Source of the DNA: Bacteroidales bacterium
GTDB lineage: Bacteria; Bacteroidota; Bacteroidia; Bacteroidales; S143-33
Direction of reading: 5' to 3'
Assembly: GCA_027031265.1 (NCBI GenBank)
Contig: JALVRO010000097.1
Span: forward strand, 1-44,314
DNA length: 44,314 nt
Part shown: in pieces, positions 26,987-35,690 of the stretch
Position numbering within the stretch: position 1 is the stretch's first letter
Layout: each line of letters begins with the position of its first letter
Notes under the pieces: generated by a model
The model's input: only the letters and a program-made list of their open reading frames with translations
Told to the model about the DNA's origin: nothing
Database searches by the model: none
Made by a program: the position numbers and the translations under genes

Positions 26987-28276
26987 ATGAGTGTAATAGA
27001 CGAGCTACGCTGGCGTGGACTTCTAAAAGACACAACACCTGGCACAGAAGAATACCTAAAAGAACATAAAGTTACAGCATATCTGGGCATTGACCCCACT
27101 GCTGACTCAATGCATGTGGGACATTTAGCTACTTTGATCATAATGAAGCACCTTCAAAATTATGGCCACCGTCCTATTATCGTGATTGGTGGAGCCACTG
27201 GTATGGTAGGCGACCCTTCTGGTAAAGACGAAGAACGCCCCTTGCTGGACGAGCAGACCATACGCCATAATGAAGAAGCACTAAAAAAACAGGTTGCCCG
27301 CTTTCTTGATTTTGATGAGTCCAGATCCAATGGAGCAATAATGGTTAACAATTACGACTGGACAAAAGACTATACTCTTCTGGCCTTTCTTCGTGATATT
27401 GGTAAGCATATCACTGTCAATTACATGATGGCCAAAGAATCTGTCAAAAAACGTATGGAAAAAGGTATCTCATACACTGAGTTCACATATCAACTTCTTC
27501 AAGGCTATGACTTCCTATATTTATATGAAAACTACAACTGCCAGCTACAGGTAGGAGGATCTGACCAATGGGGTAATATCACCACAGGTATAGAGCTGAT
27601 TCGTCGTAAGCTAGGACATGACAAACAGGCTTTTGGCCTGGTTATACCACTTATTACGCGGGCTGATGGTAGGAAATTCGGCAAGTCTGAGAAGGGAATG
27701 AATGTATGGCTTGATCCCAAGCGTACTTCTCCATACCAGTTTTATCAGTTCTGGATAAATACTTCCGATGTTGACGCAGAGAAGTATATCAAAGTCTTCA
27801 CATTCTTGACAGAAGACGAGGTCAATCAGCTTATTGAAGAGCACCGCAAAGCTCCTCATCTGCGCATTCTACAGCGTCGTCTGGCCGAGGAGATGACACG
27901 CATGGTTCATGGTGAAGAAGAGTTGCAGAAAGCTATAGAAGCTTCTGCTATCTTATTTGGCAAAGGCACAAAAGAAACACTTCAACGTCTGGATGAGCAA
28001 ACATTTCTGGCTGTTTTCGACGGAGTTCCCCAGTTTGAGATAAACCGCCAGGAACTGGAGCAGGGAATTGATGTGGTAAGCCTGCTGGGAGAGAAAACTA
28101 AAGTTTTTGCATCCAAAGGTGAAGTTCGCCGTATGATTAAAGAAGGAGGCCTGAACATTAACCAGGAAAAAGTCACAGCCCAGGATAGAATCGTTAACAC
28201 ATCTGACCTGTTGAATGATAAATACATCCTTATCCGCAAGGGTAAGAAAAGATACTTTATCATTGTGGCAAAATAA
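26987..28276 (+). CDS. tyrS: Tyrosine--tRNA ligase
   Basis: 429 aa. HIGH motif MHVGHL, KMSKS-type KFGKS, and a C-terminal S4-like domain. Confidence 0.97.
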   Translation: MSVIDELRWRGLLKDTTPGTEEYLKEHKVTAYLGIDPTADSMHVGHLATLIIMKHLQNYGHRPIIVIGGATGMVGDPSGKDEERPLLDEQTIRHNEEALKKQVARFLDFDESRSNGAIMVNNYDWTKDYTLLAFLRDIGKHITVNYMMAKESVKKRMEKGISYTEFTYQLLQGYDFLYLYENYNCQLQVGGSDQWGNITTGIELIRRKLGHDKQAFGLVIPLITRADGRKFGKSEKGMNVWLDPKRTSPYQFYQFWINTSDVDAEKYIKVFTFLTEDEVNQLIEEHRKAPHLRILQRRLAEEMTRMVHGEEELQKAIEASAILFGKGTKETLQRLDEQTFLAVFDGVPQFEINRQELEQGIDVVSLLGEKTKVFASKGEVRRMIKEGGLNINQEKVTAQDRIVNTSDLLNDKYILIRKGKKRYFIIVAK

Positions 28277-28316
28277 TTACAGCTCTTTAGCCAATAATTT
28301 CTATAATTTCACTTCT

Positions 28317-28458
28317 AGCCAGAGGCTATCCCAAAAGTAAGATTAACCGCAATAAACACAACGAAAACACAAGGTTAGGATATTGTTAATCAGCGAAATA
28401 TGTGTTTTCAGAGTCAGCAGATTTTAATAATTTTTGAGTTTTTAACCAGCCTCTGGCT
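28317..28458 (+). other. Nested inverted-repeat element in the tyrS 3' spacer (candidate structured RNA or compound terminator)
   Basis: Outer perfect 11-bp arms agccagaggct (28317..28327) and agcctctggct (28448..28458), followed by tttg. Inner perfect 9-bp arms gaaaacaca (28363..28371) and tgtgttttc (28401..28409). Confidence 0.4.
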
Positions 28459-28474
28459 TTTGTATGTTATATGC

Positions 28475-29047
28475 TTAAAAAATCCAGTCTTTCAACACAC
28501 CCATCACCACAATAGCCAATGCAAAATAAACCACACCCAGGAAGAAGCATAACACTAACTTACCTGCACTCAAGGATTTACTAACATAGTTATCCAGTAC
28601 CAGACCATCTATTATTAACCAGAAAAGAAGCACAACAAATAATACTTTGCTGTGAAAGGAAGCATAATACAAATAAGCCGTTACCAGGCCCAGGGCAAAT
28701 ATTAACCATTTTTTATTCTCAATAGCCCTGAAGAAAAAAGCACCACCCAGTGCCAGCACTACCATATCCCTATAAAAATTCATATCAACCAGCAGCTTAT
28801 CGTACATAACCCATACAAAAAACACCACAGAAACTAACCAGGCAAAATAAATCCACAACCAGCTGACACTACCAATTTGGCGATCCATTAAAAAAGCAAA
28901 AAAAGCAACCCAGAACACATTGAAAACCACCGCAAAAACAAAGAACACAGCTATACCAAACAGGTTCAATGAGCTTGCAAAATACAACCAGAACGCCGCC
29001 AGTATAAAAATAATAGATACAAGGAGCGGCGAATAAAAATATTTCAT
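28475..29047 (-). CDS. Polytopic (~6 TM) membrane protein, unknown function
   Basis: Highly hydrophobic and Phe/Val/Trp-rich. I use MKYFYSPLL at ATG 29047, 10 nt after the upstream stop, rather than the overlapping track start 29077. Confidence 0.55.
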   Translation of the reverse strand: MKYFYSPLLVSIIFILAAFWLYFASSLNLFGIAVFFVFAVVFNVFWVAFFAFLMDRQIGSVSWLWIYFAWLVSVVFFVWVMYDKLLVDMNFYRDMVVLALGGAFFFRAIENKKWLIFALGLVTAYLYYASFHSKVLFVVLLFWLIIDGLVLDNYVSKSLSAGKLVLCFFLGVVYFALAIVVMGVLKDWIF

Positions 29048-29057
29048 CACACCTCTA

Positions 29058-30149
29058 CTAAGCCTGCTGCTCATCATAGAATGATTTGACCATATCGATC
29101 AATTTATCAACCTCAAACGAGGAAAGCTCTGCACATGGCGGAAGTGAAATTATACGGCGGCTAAAATCCTGGCTCACAGGATATTGTTTGTAATACAAAG
29201 GATTCGACTTGTCCAGCTTGTTGAGCACATAAGGGTAATAAACATTCAAATGAAGTCCATGTTCATCAAGATACTTTATCATCTGCTCCCGTCTGTCTGA
29301 CAAAAAGCTAAGCACATAATAATTGGGTTCACATCCCTGGCGCGGCACCAGAAAATTAACTTCTGGCAAACGCTCTGTTATCTTGTGAGCGATTTTCTGT
29401 CTGCGGTATACCAGGTCGCGCAAATAACGCATTTTGACCAGCAAAAACGAAGCCTGTATCTCACTCATTCTACTGATGAATGTCTTACGGGCTATTTGTG
29501 TGTCAAAGTGTTCGGAATGACGCATCTTTTTTAGTAATTCATGCAAATCTTTATCATCAGTGGCAATAGCGCCAGAATCACCAAAACCACCAAGGGTAGT
29601 AGTAGGATAAAAGCTAAAAACTCCCATACGTCCGAAAGTACCAACATGCCTGCCATTGAAAAAAGTACCAATAGCCTGCCACGCATTCTCTATCACAATC
29701 AAACCATGAGCACGTGCAAAATCATTTATTTGCTTCATGTCCTCACAATATCCATGGAAGTGAAACGGCACAATAGCACGTGTAAAAGGAGTAATGCTTC
29801 TCTCAAGCAACGAGTAATCCATCATACCTGTGTGAGGGTCTATATCCACAAATATTGGGCGCGCTCCAGACCTGGTAATTGCGTATAAATGAGCAGCAGG
29901 AGCAAAATTCGTGGTAACCACCTCATCACCCGGACCAATGTCACATGCCATTAACGCCATTGTCAAGGCATCAGCACCTGATCCCAGTGCTACAACATAT
30001 TTAGCCCCAGTATAATGAGCAAAAACCTGCTCAAACTGATCAAGCAATTTCCCCTCCAGGTAAAGTCCTGAGTCCAGCACCTTCTCTATAGCAGCAAGAT
30101 ACTCAGGTTTATAACGAAAAAACTCTCTTTCCAGATGAAAAAATTTCAT
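29058..30149 (-). CDS. DegT/DnrJ/EryC1-family homolog lacking the PLP-binding Lys and the pyridine-N Asp (predicted non-aminotransferase)
   Basis: Aligns residue for residue with the in-window paralog: VIENAWQAIG against VIEDCAQAHF, and FSFYPTTTLGGFGDSGAIATDD against FSFYPGKNLGAYGDAGGIGTND. Start taken at MKFFHLEREFF (ATG 30149). Confidence 0.8.
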   Translation of the reverse strand: MKFFHLEREFFRYKPEYLAAIEKVLDSGLYLEGKLLDQFEQVFAHYTGAKYVVALGSGADALTMALMACDIGPGDEVVTTNFAPAAHLYAITRSGARPIFVDIDPHTGMMDYSLLERSITPFTRAIVPFHFHGYCEDMKQINDFARAHGLIVIENAWQAIGTFFNGRHVGTFGRMGVFSFYPTTTLGGFGDSGAIATDDKDLHELLKKMRHSEHFDTQIARKTFISRMSEIQASFLLVKMRYLRDLVYRRQKIAHKITERLPEVNFLVPRQGCEPNYYVLSFLSDRREQMIKYLDEHGLHLNVYYPYVLNKLDKSNPLYYKQYPVSQDFSRRIISLPPCAELSSFEVDKLIDMVKSFYDEQQA

Positions 30150-30220
30150 ATCATCAGGCTTTTGTTTGAAAAACAAACTTAGCAATAAAGTAAAAATTTT
30201 CTGTAAAAAACTTTTTAAAA

Positions 30221-30886
30221 CTATCTACGACGGGTGTAATCATTTTCATACTTACGTACCATACCTACCAGAGAAACGAACCTGTCCCTGTCAATTTTTC
30301 GAAATCCCTGGACACCATCGAAGAATAGTAAATACCTGACATGTGGAAGGTAATGTTTTATATCAGCATTATCAATGTCAGCAAAGCTCATCCCCAGGTC
30401 ACGAGGATTGACACTACTGCGTATAGAATTAAGAAATTGCTTTGTCTTGGAGAGACTGTTTATTGATTTGAGCACAATAATATCGACAAAATTTTTAGCA
30501 ATTCGCATAGAGAGGCTAAAGTCTTTCTCATCGTCATAAATAGAAATTTTGAGCTGGCCCATTACCTGACCAGGCCACTGTTTGTTGGCTTTTAGCTCCA
30601 ATATATAATCAACATCTTTACCTTCAATTTGCCCCTGGATAACCTGCAAATCGTCTATCCAGTAGGCATTAGCATCAAAGGGGAAAATTTCAAGAATCTC
30701 ATGTGCAAAAACATCTTTCAGACTAAGCCCCAACCATTTATCTGGATAAATCTGTCTAACCTGTCGATACAAAAGAAGCAAATCTTCGCACGCAACAGAA
30801 TTATTAACCAGAAACACACCATCTGCCCCCAGGTCAAAAAACTCCCCTATAAGACTTATGGCCTGGCCATGACCATCTATCTCCAC
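30221..30886 (-). CDS. Hypothetical protein (GTG start; possible alpha/beta-barrel-like fold, unassigned)
   Basis: 221 aa from GTG 30886. The 23 in-frame sense codons upstream (LKKRIKGREIETTAEHIHLVIPF) contain no ATG, GTG or TTG. GADGVFLVNN faintly resembles BtpA/SgcQ-type barrels, but I cannot assign a family. Confidence 0.45.
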   Translation of the reverse strand: MEIDGHGQAISLIGEFFDLGADGVFLVNNSVACEDLLLLYRQVRQIYPDKWLGLSLKDVFAHEILEIFPFDANAYWIDDLQVIQGQIEGKDVDYILELKANKQWPGQVMGQLKISIYDDEKDFSLSMRIAKNFVDIIVLKSINSLSKTKQFLNSIRSSVNPRDLGMSFADIDNADIKHYLPHVRYLLFFDGVQGFRKIDRDRFVSLVGMVRKYENDYTRRR

Positions 30887-31108
30887 AAAAGGTATGACCA
30901 GATGTATATGTTCTGCTGTAGTTTCTATTTCCCTACCCTTTATCCTTTTCTTTAATCATACAAAATACATTCCTATATTTGCCATAAAAACAAGAATTAA
31001 TGCGGGCAGTATGAAAGTAGTATAACTAGAATTTCAAATTTCAATCTATACTTGACCTCAATCTTATAATTTTTCACAAAATTTATTTAAAGATTGTTAG
31101 AAAAAATT

Positions 31109-31116
31109 TATATTTG
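31109..31116 (+). promoter_or_regulatory. Candidate -7 box for the 740-aa gene / pab cluster
   Basis: TATATTTG 47 nt upstream of ATG 31164. An identical TATATTTG occurs at 30974..30981. Confidence 0.3.
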
Positions 31117-31163
31117 CTAAGAAGTCAACACATTAGCTAAATCCACATAGAAACCAAATTATT

Positions 31164-33386
31164 ATGGAAAATTTCTGGTCAGATTTAATCAGGAAAAGCG
31201 GAGGCGAGTACAATGCCAGATTTGAGTTTGATAATATTTGTCACCAGCTGCTGGGTTATCATTACCCAGGACGTAAACTTATCAATGCCAATAAGATAGA
31301 CACTATCACAAATACTGAAAACCTCTTGCTTGTTTACCTACCTAAATTTTTCTTTGATGTGCTAACAAATTCCCGTAAGAGTCAGATACGCAAAGCATTT
31401 AATCATACCCTGGAGACTATCAAAGACAAAGACTTAAAAATCTTTAAATGGATACTTTGCACACCATATAAATTTAACGAGGAAGACCTGAAATGGTGGA
31501 GCCAATGGAAATACAAAAATTTTGACCTTCACAATATCGAAATAGAACTACTCGACGGCGATAACCTCCTGGAACTAATAAAAAAATATAATCTCACTGA
31601 TTCACAAGCACAACAAACCCAACCTGCCGGTCAAGAGAAATCTACAATAGAGTCCAGCACAGACACAGATCTGGACTTTGACTTTGAGTTTCCTGCGGAA
31701 CACTCTTTACAATCTACATCTGCTGAAAATGACCATGACGAGACACCCTCATCTGGCCAGAGAGAAGCACACATCTCACACTCAGCTTCTTCAGATACCA
31801 TACAGGTAGAAGAAAAACCTGAACAGGAACAAGCGCAGCCTTCAGCTTATGAACCATTGTCTGAGCTACAGCCAGAATTAGAAACACAAAAACAGCAAAA
31901 AACCACAACCATAGAAAAAGAACAATCACAGGAGGCTGACGTTGACCAGAAATCCCCAAAAAAAGAACAGCAACCAGTGATTAAACTCGAAAAATACCCA
32001 AAGATAAAAAACGAATATCTCAGTATACTTGCCTCCATCGATAAACTACACAACGAAGAAAAAGAACAATTCAAAAAACTCCGTTCTATCAGTGACTTTG
32101 ATTACCGTAGGTTCAAACAAGAGCCTGACCTGGATGAAGTCAAAGGATACAAAACCCTGGACCTCTATTTCAAGGCAAAAACCTTTGAAGTAGACCAGAA
32201 ATATGACCTTGCTTTATTCTTTTACGAACTACTGGATAAACGTAAGCAAGACCTCAAAAATCGCTTTAAAAACAAAGCCCAGGAAGTCGAAAAATCATAC
32301 AGGGAAGTAGAACGGCAGCTCGATTTTGAAAAAAAAATTCTTCTGGGAGACCTGCTTCTGGTAAAAGACAAAAAACTCGAAGCACTCGAACACTACGAAC
32401 AAGCTCTACGACTGAAAAACAAGAACCTCGAAGCAAAAGTAAAATACAACGAGCTGCTGGGCGATATGCTTATGGAGTCGGGTCTCTACAATGAAGCTCA
32501 AAAAGCATACTCCGAAGCCCTGGGAAAAATCACAAATAGATTCAAAGAACGCAAAAATATCCTGCAGAAAAAAAGAAGTCTCGCCAAAACAATGAGCATT
32601 GCAGCAAGCAGAGTGCCGCTCATTTCACAGACTGGGCTGCTCATTGCACGTCTCAAGGAAATTCACAATAACCTGAAGCTTATCAATGCTAAAGAATACA
32701 TGCGGCTTAACAGATTTCTGATTGTTTCTGGCATTATCCTGGGTATAGTAGTGTTTGGACTTGTAATTAACAATGCTCTGAAAAACGTGCCTGGAGCTGT
32801 TGCCAGATCTGATGCCCTCATGAGCCAGGTATGGGATCTGAGTCAGGCCGCACTTATAAAAGGCGACAATTACATGGACAAATTCCGGCGCTATGGTTAT
32901 ACGCGTGTGCATGTTCTGGACAGCGCCAAACGTGCTTATAAAAGAGCTTTTTCTTATAACCGCATCAATCCTATTGCTCTGAAAAAATACAATATTGCCA
33001 AGAACTATCTGGACCAGTATATCAAACTTGCTAAGCGCAGACTCACAGAAAATCCTGGAAGATATTTCCGCCCTGTCAAGCCAATGAGCGAAGGCCTCCA
33101 ACTGGTTAAATACATGTATGACCCGCAGCGGCCAGGACTGTTTAAATTTGGCTATATTGATAAAAACCACAATCTTGTTATTCCGCCGCTGTTTGATTTT
33201 GACTACAATCGTCGCATGAAACCCGGTCGCGAGAGCTTCCATCAAGGACATGCTTATGTGTGCATTGTGGTTAACCCTGGCGACACAGCCTATTTCCAGA
33301 TCAACCGTTATGGCCGCCGTAGTTCTAAAATTTATTGGGTAGGGCCAAAACATCGTTACATTATCACGAAACAAAAAAGCAGATAA
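31164..33386 (+). CDS. Large multidomain single-pass membrane protein: degenerate Mrr-like N-domain, acidic/Gln-rich linker, TPR/coiled coil, TM helix, extracytoplasmic WG-repeat region
   Basis: 740 aa. The N-terminal ~150 aa follow an Mrr_cat-like pattern (RFEFDNICHQLLGYHY ... IDTIT ... LLLVYLPK ... IFKWILCTPYKFNEED ... IELLDGDNLLELIKKY). Low-complexity aa ~150-270. TPR-like YEQALRLKNKNLEAKVKYNELLGDMLMESGLYNEAQKAYSEAL. TM helix FLIVSGIILGIVVFGLVINNAL (nt ~32714..32779). WG-repeat signature FKFGYIDKNHNLVIPPLFDFDY (nt ~33141..33206). Confidence 0.7.
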   Translation: MENFWSDLIRKSGGEYNARFEFDNICHQLLGYHYPGRKLINANKIDTITNTENLLLVYLPKFFFDVLTNSRKSQIRKAFNHTLETIKDKDLKIFKWILCTPYKFNEEDLKWWSQWKYKNFDLHNIEIELLDGDNLLELIKKYNLTDSQAQQTQPAGQEKSTIESSTDTDLDFDFEFPAEHSLQSTSAENDHDETPSSGQREAHISHSASSDTIQVEEKPEQEQAQPSAYEPLSELQPELETQKQQKTTTIEKEQSQEADVDQKSPKKEQQPVIKLEKYPKIKNEYLSILASIDKLHNEEKEQFKKLRSISDFDYRRFKQEPDLDEVKGYKTLDLYFKAKTFEVDQKYDLALFFYELLDKRKQDLKNRFKNKAQEVEKSYREVERQLDFEKKILLGDLLLVKDKKLEALEHYEQALRLKNKNLEAKVKYNELLGDMLMESGLYNEAQKAYSEALGKITNRFKERKNILQKKRSLAKTMSIAASRVPLISQTGLLIARLKEIHNNLKLINAKEYMRLNRFLIVSGIILGIVVFGLVINNALKNVPGAVARSDALMSQVWDLSQAALIKGDNYMDKFRRYGYTRVHVLDSAKRAYKRAFSYNRINPIALKKYNIAKNYLDQYIKLAKRRLTENPGRYFRPVKPMSEGLQLVKYMYDPQRPGLFKFGYIDKNHNLVIPPLFDFDYNRRMKPGRESFHQGHAYVCIVVNPGDTAYFQINRYGRRSSKIYWVGPKHRYIITKQKSR

Positions 33387-33946
33387 TGAACATTTTACTA
33401 GTGGACAACCAGGATTCATTTACTTACAACATTGTCGATAGCTTGCGCAAGATTGGTGTGCGGGAGCTGGATGTAGATCCATCTCCCGCACGTGATGTTC
33501 TGGCCAGGGCTGACAAGATTATTTTTTCGCCTGGTCCCGGACTACCTGGAGATTTTCCTATAATGCACAAGATATTAGAATACTGGCATGACAAAAAGCC
33601 TATTCTTGGTATATGCCTGGGCTATCAGGCCATTGCTAAATTTTTCGGTGCCCGTCTCCAGAAGCTAAAGACACCTATTCATGGTCAGGGGCACGAGGTT
33701 ATTATCAAGCGTGAGAATTTGTTGTTCAAGGGATTGCCTGAGCGGTTCCGTGTTGGTCTTTACCACTCCTGGGCTGTCAACAAGAGAAGTATCAGCCGTC
33801 CATTAAGGATAGACGCTATTTCTGAGCATGGTGTGGTGATGGCGATATCCCACCGCAGTCTGCCTATTTTAGGTGTGCAATTTCACCCTGAATCTTATAT
33901 TTCTGAATACGGCCTAGATTTGTTGAAAAACTTTGTAATGCTATGA
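33386..33946 (+). CDS. pabA: Aminodeoxychorismate/anthranilate synthase glutamine amidotransferase component II
   Basis: MNILLVDNQDSFTYNIV start, overlapping the upstream stop as TAATG. The track start 33335 is a spurious extension. Triad context ILGICLGYQAI and GVQFHPES. Confidence 0.85.
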   Translation: MNILLVDNQDSFTYNIVDSLRKIGVRELDVDPSPARDVLARADKIIFSPGPGLPGDFPIMHKILEYWHDKKPILGICLGYQAIAKFFGARLQKLKTPIHGQGHEVIIKRENLLFKGLPERFRVGLYHSWAVNKRSISRPLRIDAISEHGVVMAISHRSLPILGVQFHPESYISEYGLDLLKNFVML

Positions 33947-34920
33947 CAATAGAGCAGTTCATAGGCACCATGACAGATCTGTTGCGCAAGAACAAGCCAA
34001 TATTTTTTATGATTGATTTTGACCTGGAGTATCCTTTTGTGTGTGAGATGGATCAGGCCGCTGCAAAGGGTATTTTTTTTGAAGTAGAGGGGTTAAAGAA
34101 TCATGATTTGCAGCCCTTAGTGGTTAAAGATTTCGCCTTCCGTTCAAACCCCATTGATTTCCAAACATATAAACACAGCTTTGATCTGGTAATGGAAAAC
34201 ATTTACCATGGCAATACATATTTGCTTAACCTGACCTTCCCAACACAGGTAGAGGCTAACTTTAGTCTGAGAAAGATTTTTTCCAGTGTCAAAGCCAGAT
34301 ATAAACTACTTATAAAGGACGATTTTGTGCTTTTTTCTCCAGAATCTTTCATTCGTATAAAAGGTAAACGAGTGTATACATATCCCATGAAAGGCACAAT
34401 TGATGCCAGTGTGCCTGATGCAAAAAACAGGATTCTTTCGGACAAAAAAGAGCTTTTTGAACATTACACAGTTGTGGATCTATTGCGTAATGATCTGGCT
34501 ATGATGTCCACACACGTTGAGGTAAAAAGGTTCCGTTATATTGACCTGGTTCACACCCACAAAGGGGACATTCTGCAGGTGAGTTCAGAAATCGAAGGTA
34601 TCTTACCCGACAACTGGCGCGATACTTTTGCCGAGCATCTTGTGCAGATGCTGCCAGCTGGCTCTATCAGCGGAGCACCCAAGAAAAAGACTGTCGAAAT
34701 CATACACCAGGCAGAGATAGACAAAAGAGGTTTTTACACTGGAATTTTTGGTATTCATCTGGCAGGACAAATCATAACAGCAGTGAATATACGTTTTATC
34801 GAAAAACAAGGGCAAAATTTTATTTTTCGTAGCGGTGGCGGTATTACTGCTTTTAGTGATGCACAAAAAGAATATAATGAGCTAATACAGAAAGTCTATG
34901 TCCCAATACCGATTGGTTGA
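33943..34920 (+). CDS. pabB: Aminodeoxychorismate synthase component I (short, chorismate-binding domain only)
   Basis: 325 aa. ERFRYIDLV-like region (VKRFRYIDLVHTH), PAGSISGAPKKKT, FYTGIFG. ATGA overlap with pabA. Confidence 0.8.
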   Translation: MTIEQFIGTMTDLLRKNKPIFFMIDFDLEYPFVCEMDQAAAKGIFFEVEGLKNHDLQPLVVKDFAFRSNPIDFQTYKHSFDLVMENIYHGNTYLLNLTFPTQVEANFSLRKIFSSVKARYKLLIKDDFVLFSPESFIRIKGKRVYTYPMKGTIDASVPDAKNRILSDKKELFEHYTVVDLLRNDLAMMSTHVEVKRFRYIDLVHTHKGDILQVSSEIEGILPDNWRDTFAEHLVQMLPAGSISGAPKKKTVEIIHQAEIDKRGFYTGIFGIHLAGQIITAVNIRFIEKQGQNFIFRSGGGITAFSDAQKEYNELIQKVYVPIPIG

Positions 34921-35500
34921 AACAATACGTGTGCTGGACAGCAGACTCCAAAACTTACCGTACCACCAGAGGCGGCTAGAGTACTCGTTCCTGCATTTTT
35001 ATCCACAACACACACCTTTTAAACTCTCAGAACTTATCACCGTTCCACAGACTTATGTCAAAGGCCTTGTCAAAGCACGTTTCCTGTACAATGCCAGTTC
35101 CTTTGCCCTAGAATTTCATCATTACACTCCCAAAAAAATAAACTGCCTCAGACTCGTCCGGGCAGACTGGATTGACTATAGCTTCAAATACACAGACCGG
35201 TCGCAGTTTGAGGCCCTGCTTCGGGATACCAAAGGATGCAATGAAGTCTTAATCGTCAAAAATGGCCAGGTTACAGACACCTCGTTTTCAAATATTGTGT
35301 TTTTCGATGGCAAAAAATGGCTAACACCCACTACCTACCTGCTAGCTGGCACGTTCCGCCAGTATCTACTGGATACAGGCAAAATTACACAGGCACCTAT
35401 CAGGCCCGGAGACTTGAGGTATTTCACACACTTTAAACTCATAAATGCCCTGTTGGCATGGGACATGGAACCTTTGCCAATTGACAAAATCATTGTATAA
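34898..35500 (+). CDS. pabC: Aminodeoxychorismate lyase-like class IV aminotransferase-fold protein
   Basis: 200 aa. N-terminal LVETIRVLDSRLQNLPYHQRRL is typical of short Bacteroidota ADC-lyase-like proteins. It overlaps the pabB end by 23 nt. Confidence 0.65.
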   Translation: MSQYRLVETIRVLDSRLQNLPYHQRRLEYSFLHFYPQHTPFKLSELITVPQTYVKGLVKARFLYNASSFALEFHHYTPKKINCLRLVRADWIDYSFKYTDRSQFEALLRDTKGCNEVLIVKNGQVTDTSFSNIVFFDGKKWLTPTTYLLAGTFRQYLLDTGKITQAPIRPGDLRYFTHFKLINALLAWDMEPLPIDKIIV

Positions 35501-35583
35501 AAAACTTGTTGTAACCAAGGCATGATTCAAAGGACAGATGCAAATTTACAATTCTGACATTTCAGGATTAAGATCTCATTAAT

Positions 35584-35619
35584 ATCATAGCAGGGTGCCA
35601 TAGGCACGCCTGCTATGAT
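35584..35619. terminator. Long hairpin between convergent pabC and lpxA
   Basis: atcatagcagg gtgcc ata ggcac (g) cctgctatgat: 16 bp with one bulge. A second hairpin (ccttac...gtaagg) at about 35629..35668 lies directly after the lpxA stop. Confidence 0.5.
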
Positions 35620-35690
35620 TCTCAAATCACCTTACCTTTGTGAAAGATAAGACTTGAAAGTAAGGGAAAGGTTTCTATATGAACCATTTC

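Noticed and set aside
33335-33385. 17-codon 5' extension of pabA in the track (MGRAKTSLHYHETKKQI)
   Set aside because: It starts at a non-ATG codon inside the upstream gene. The conserved amidotransferase N-terminus MNILLVDNQDSFTYN begins exactly at ATG 33386, overlapping the upstream stop.
32625-33419. 264-aa minus-strand ORF antisense to the 3' part of the 740-aa gene
   Set aside because: It overlaps entirely a sense frame with recognisable features (TM helix, WG repeat, coupling to pabA). Its composition is typical of antisense frames in AT-rich coding DNA. It has no motif and no promoter or terminator context.
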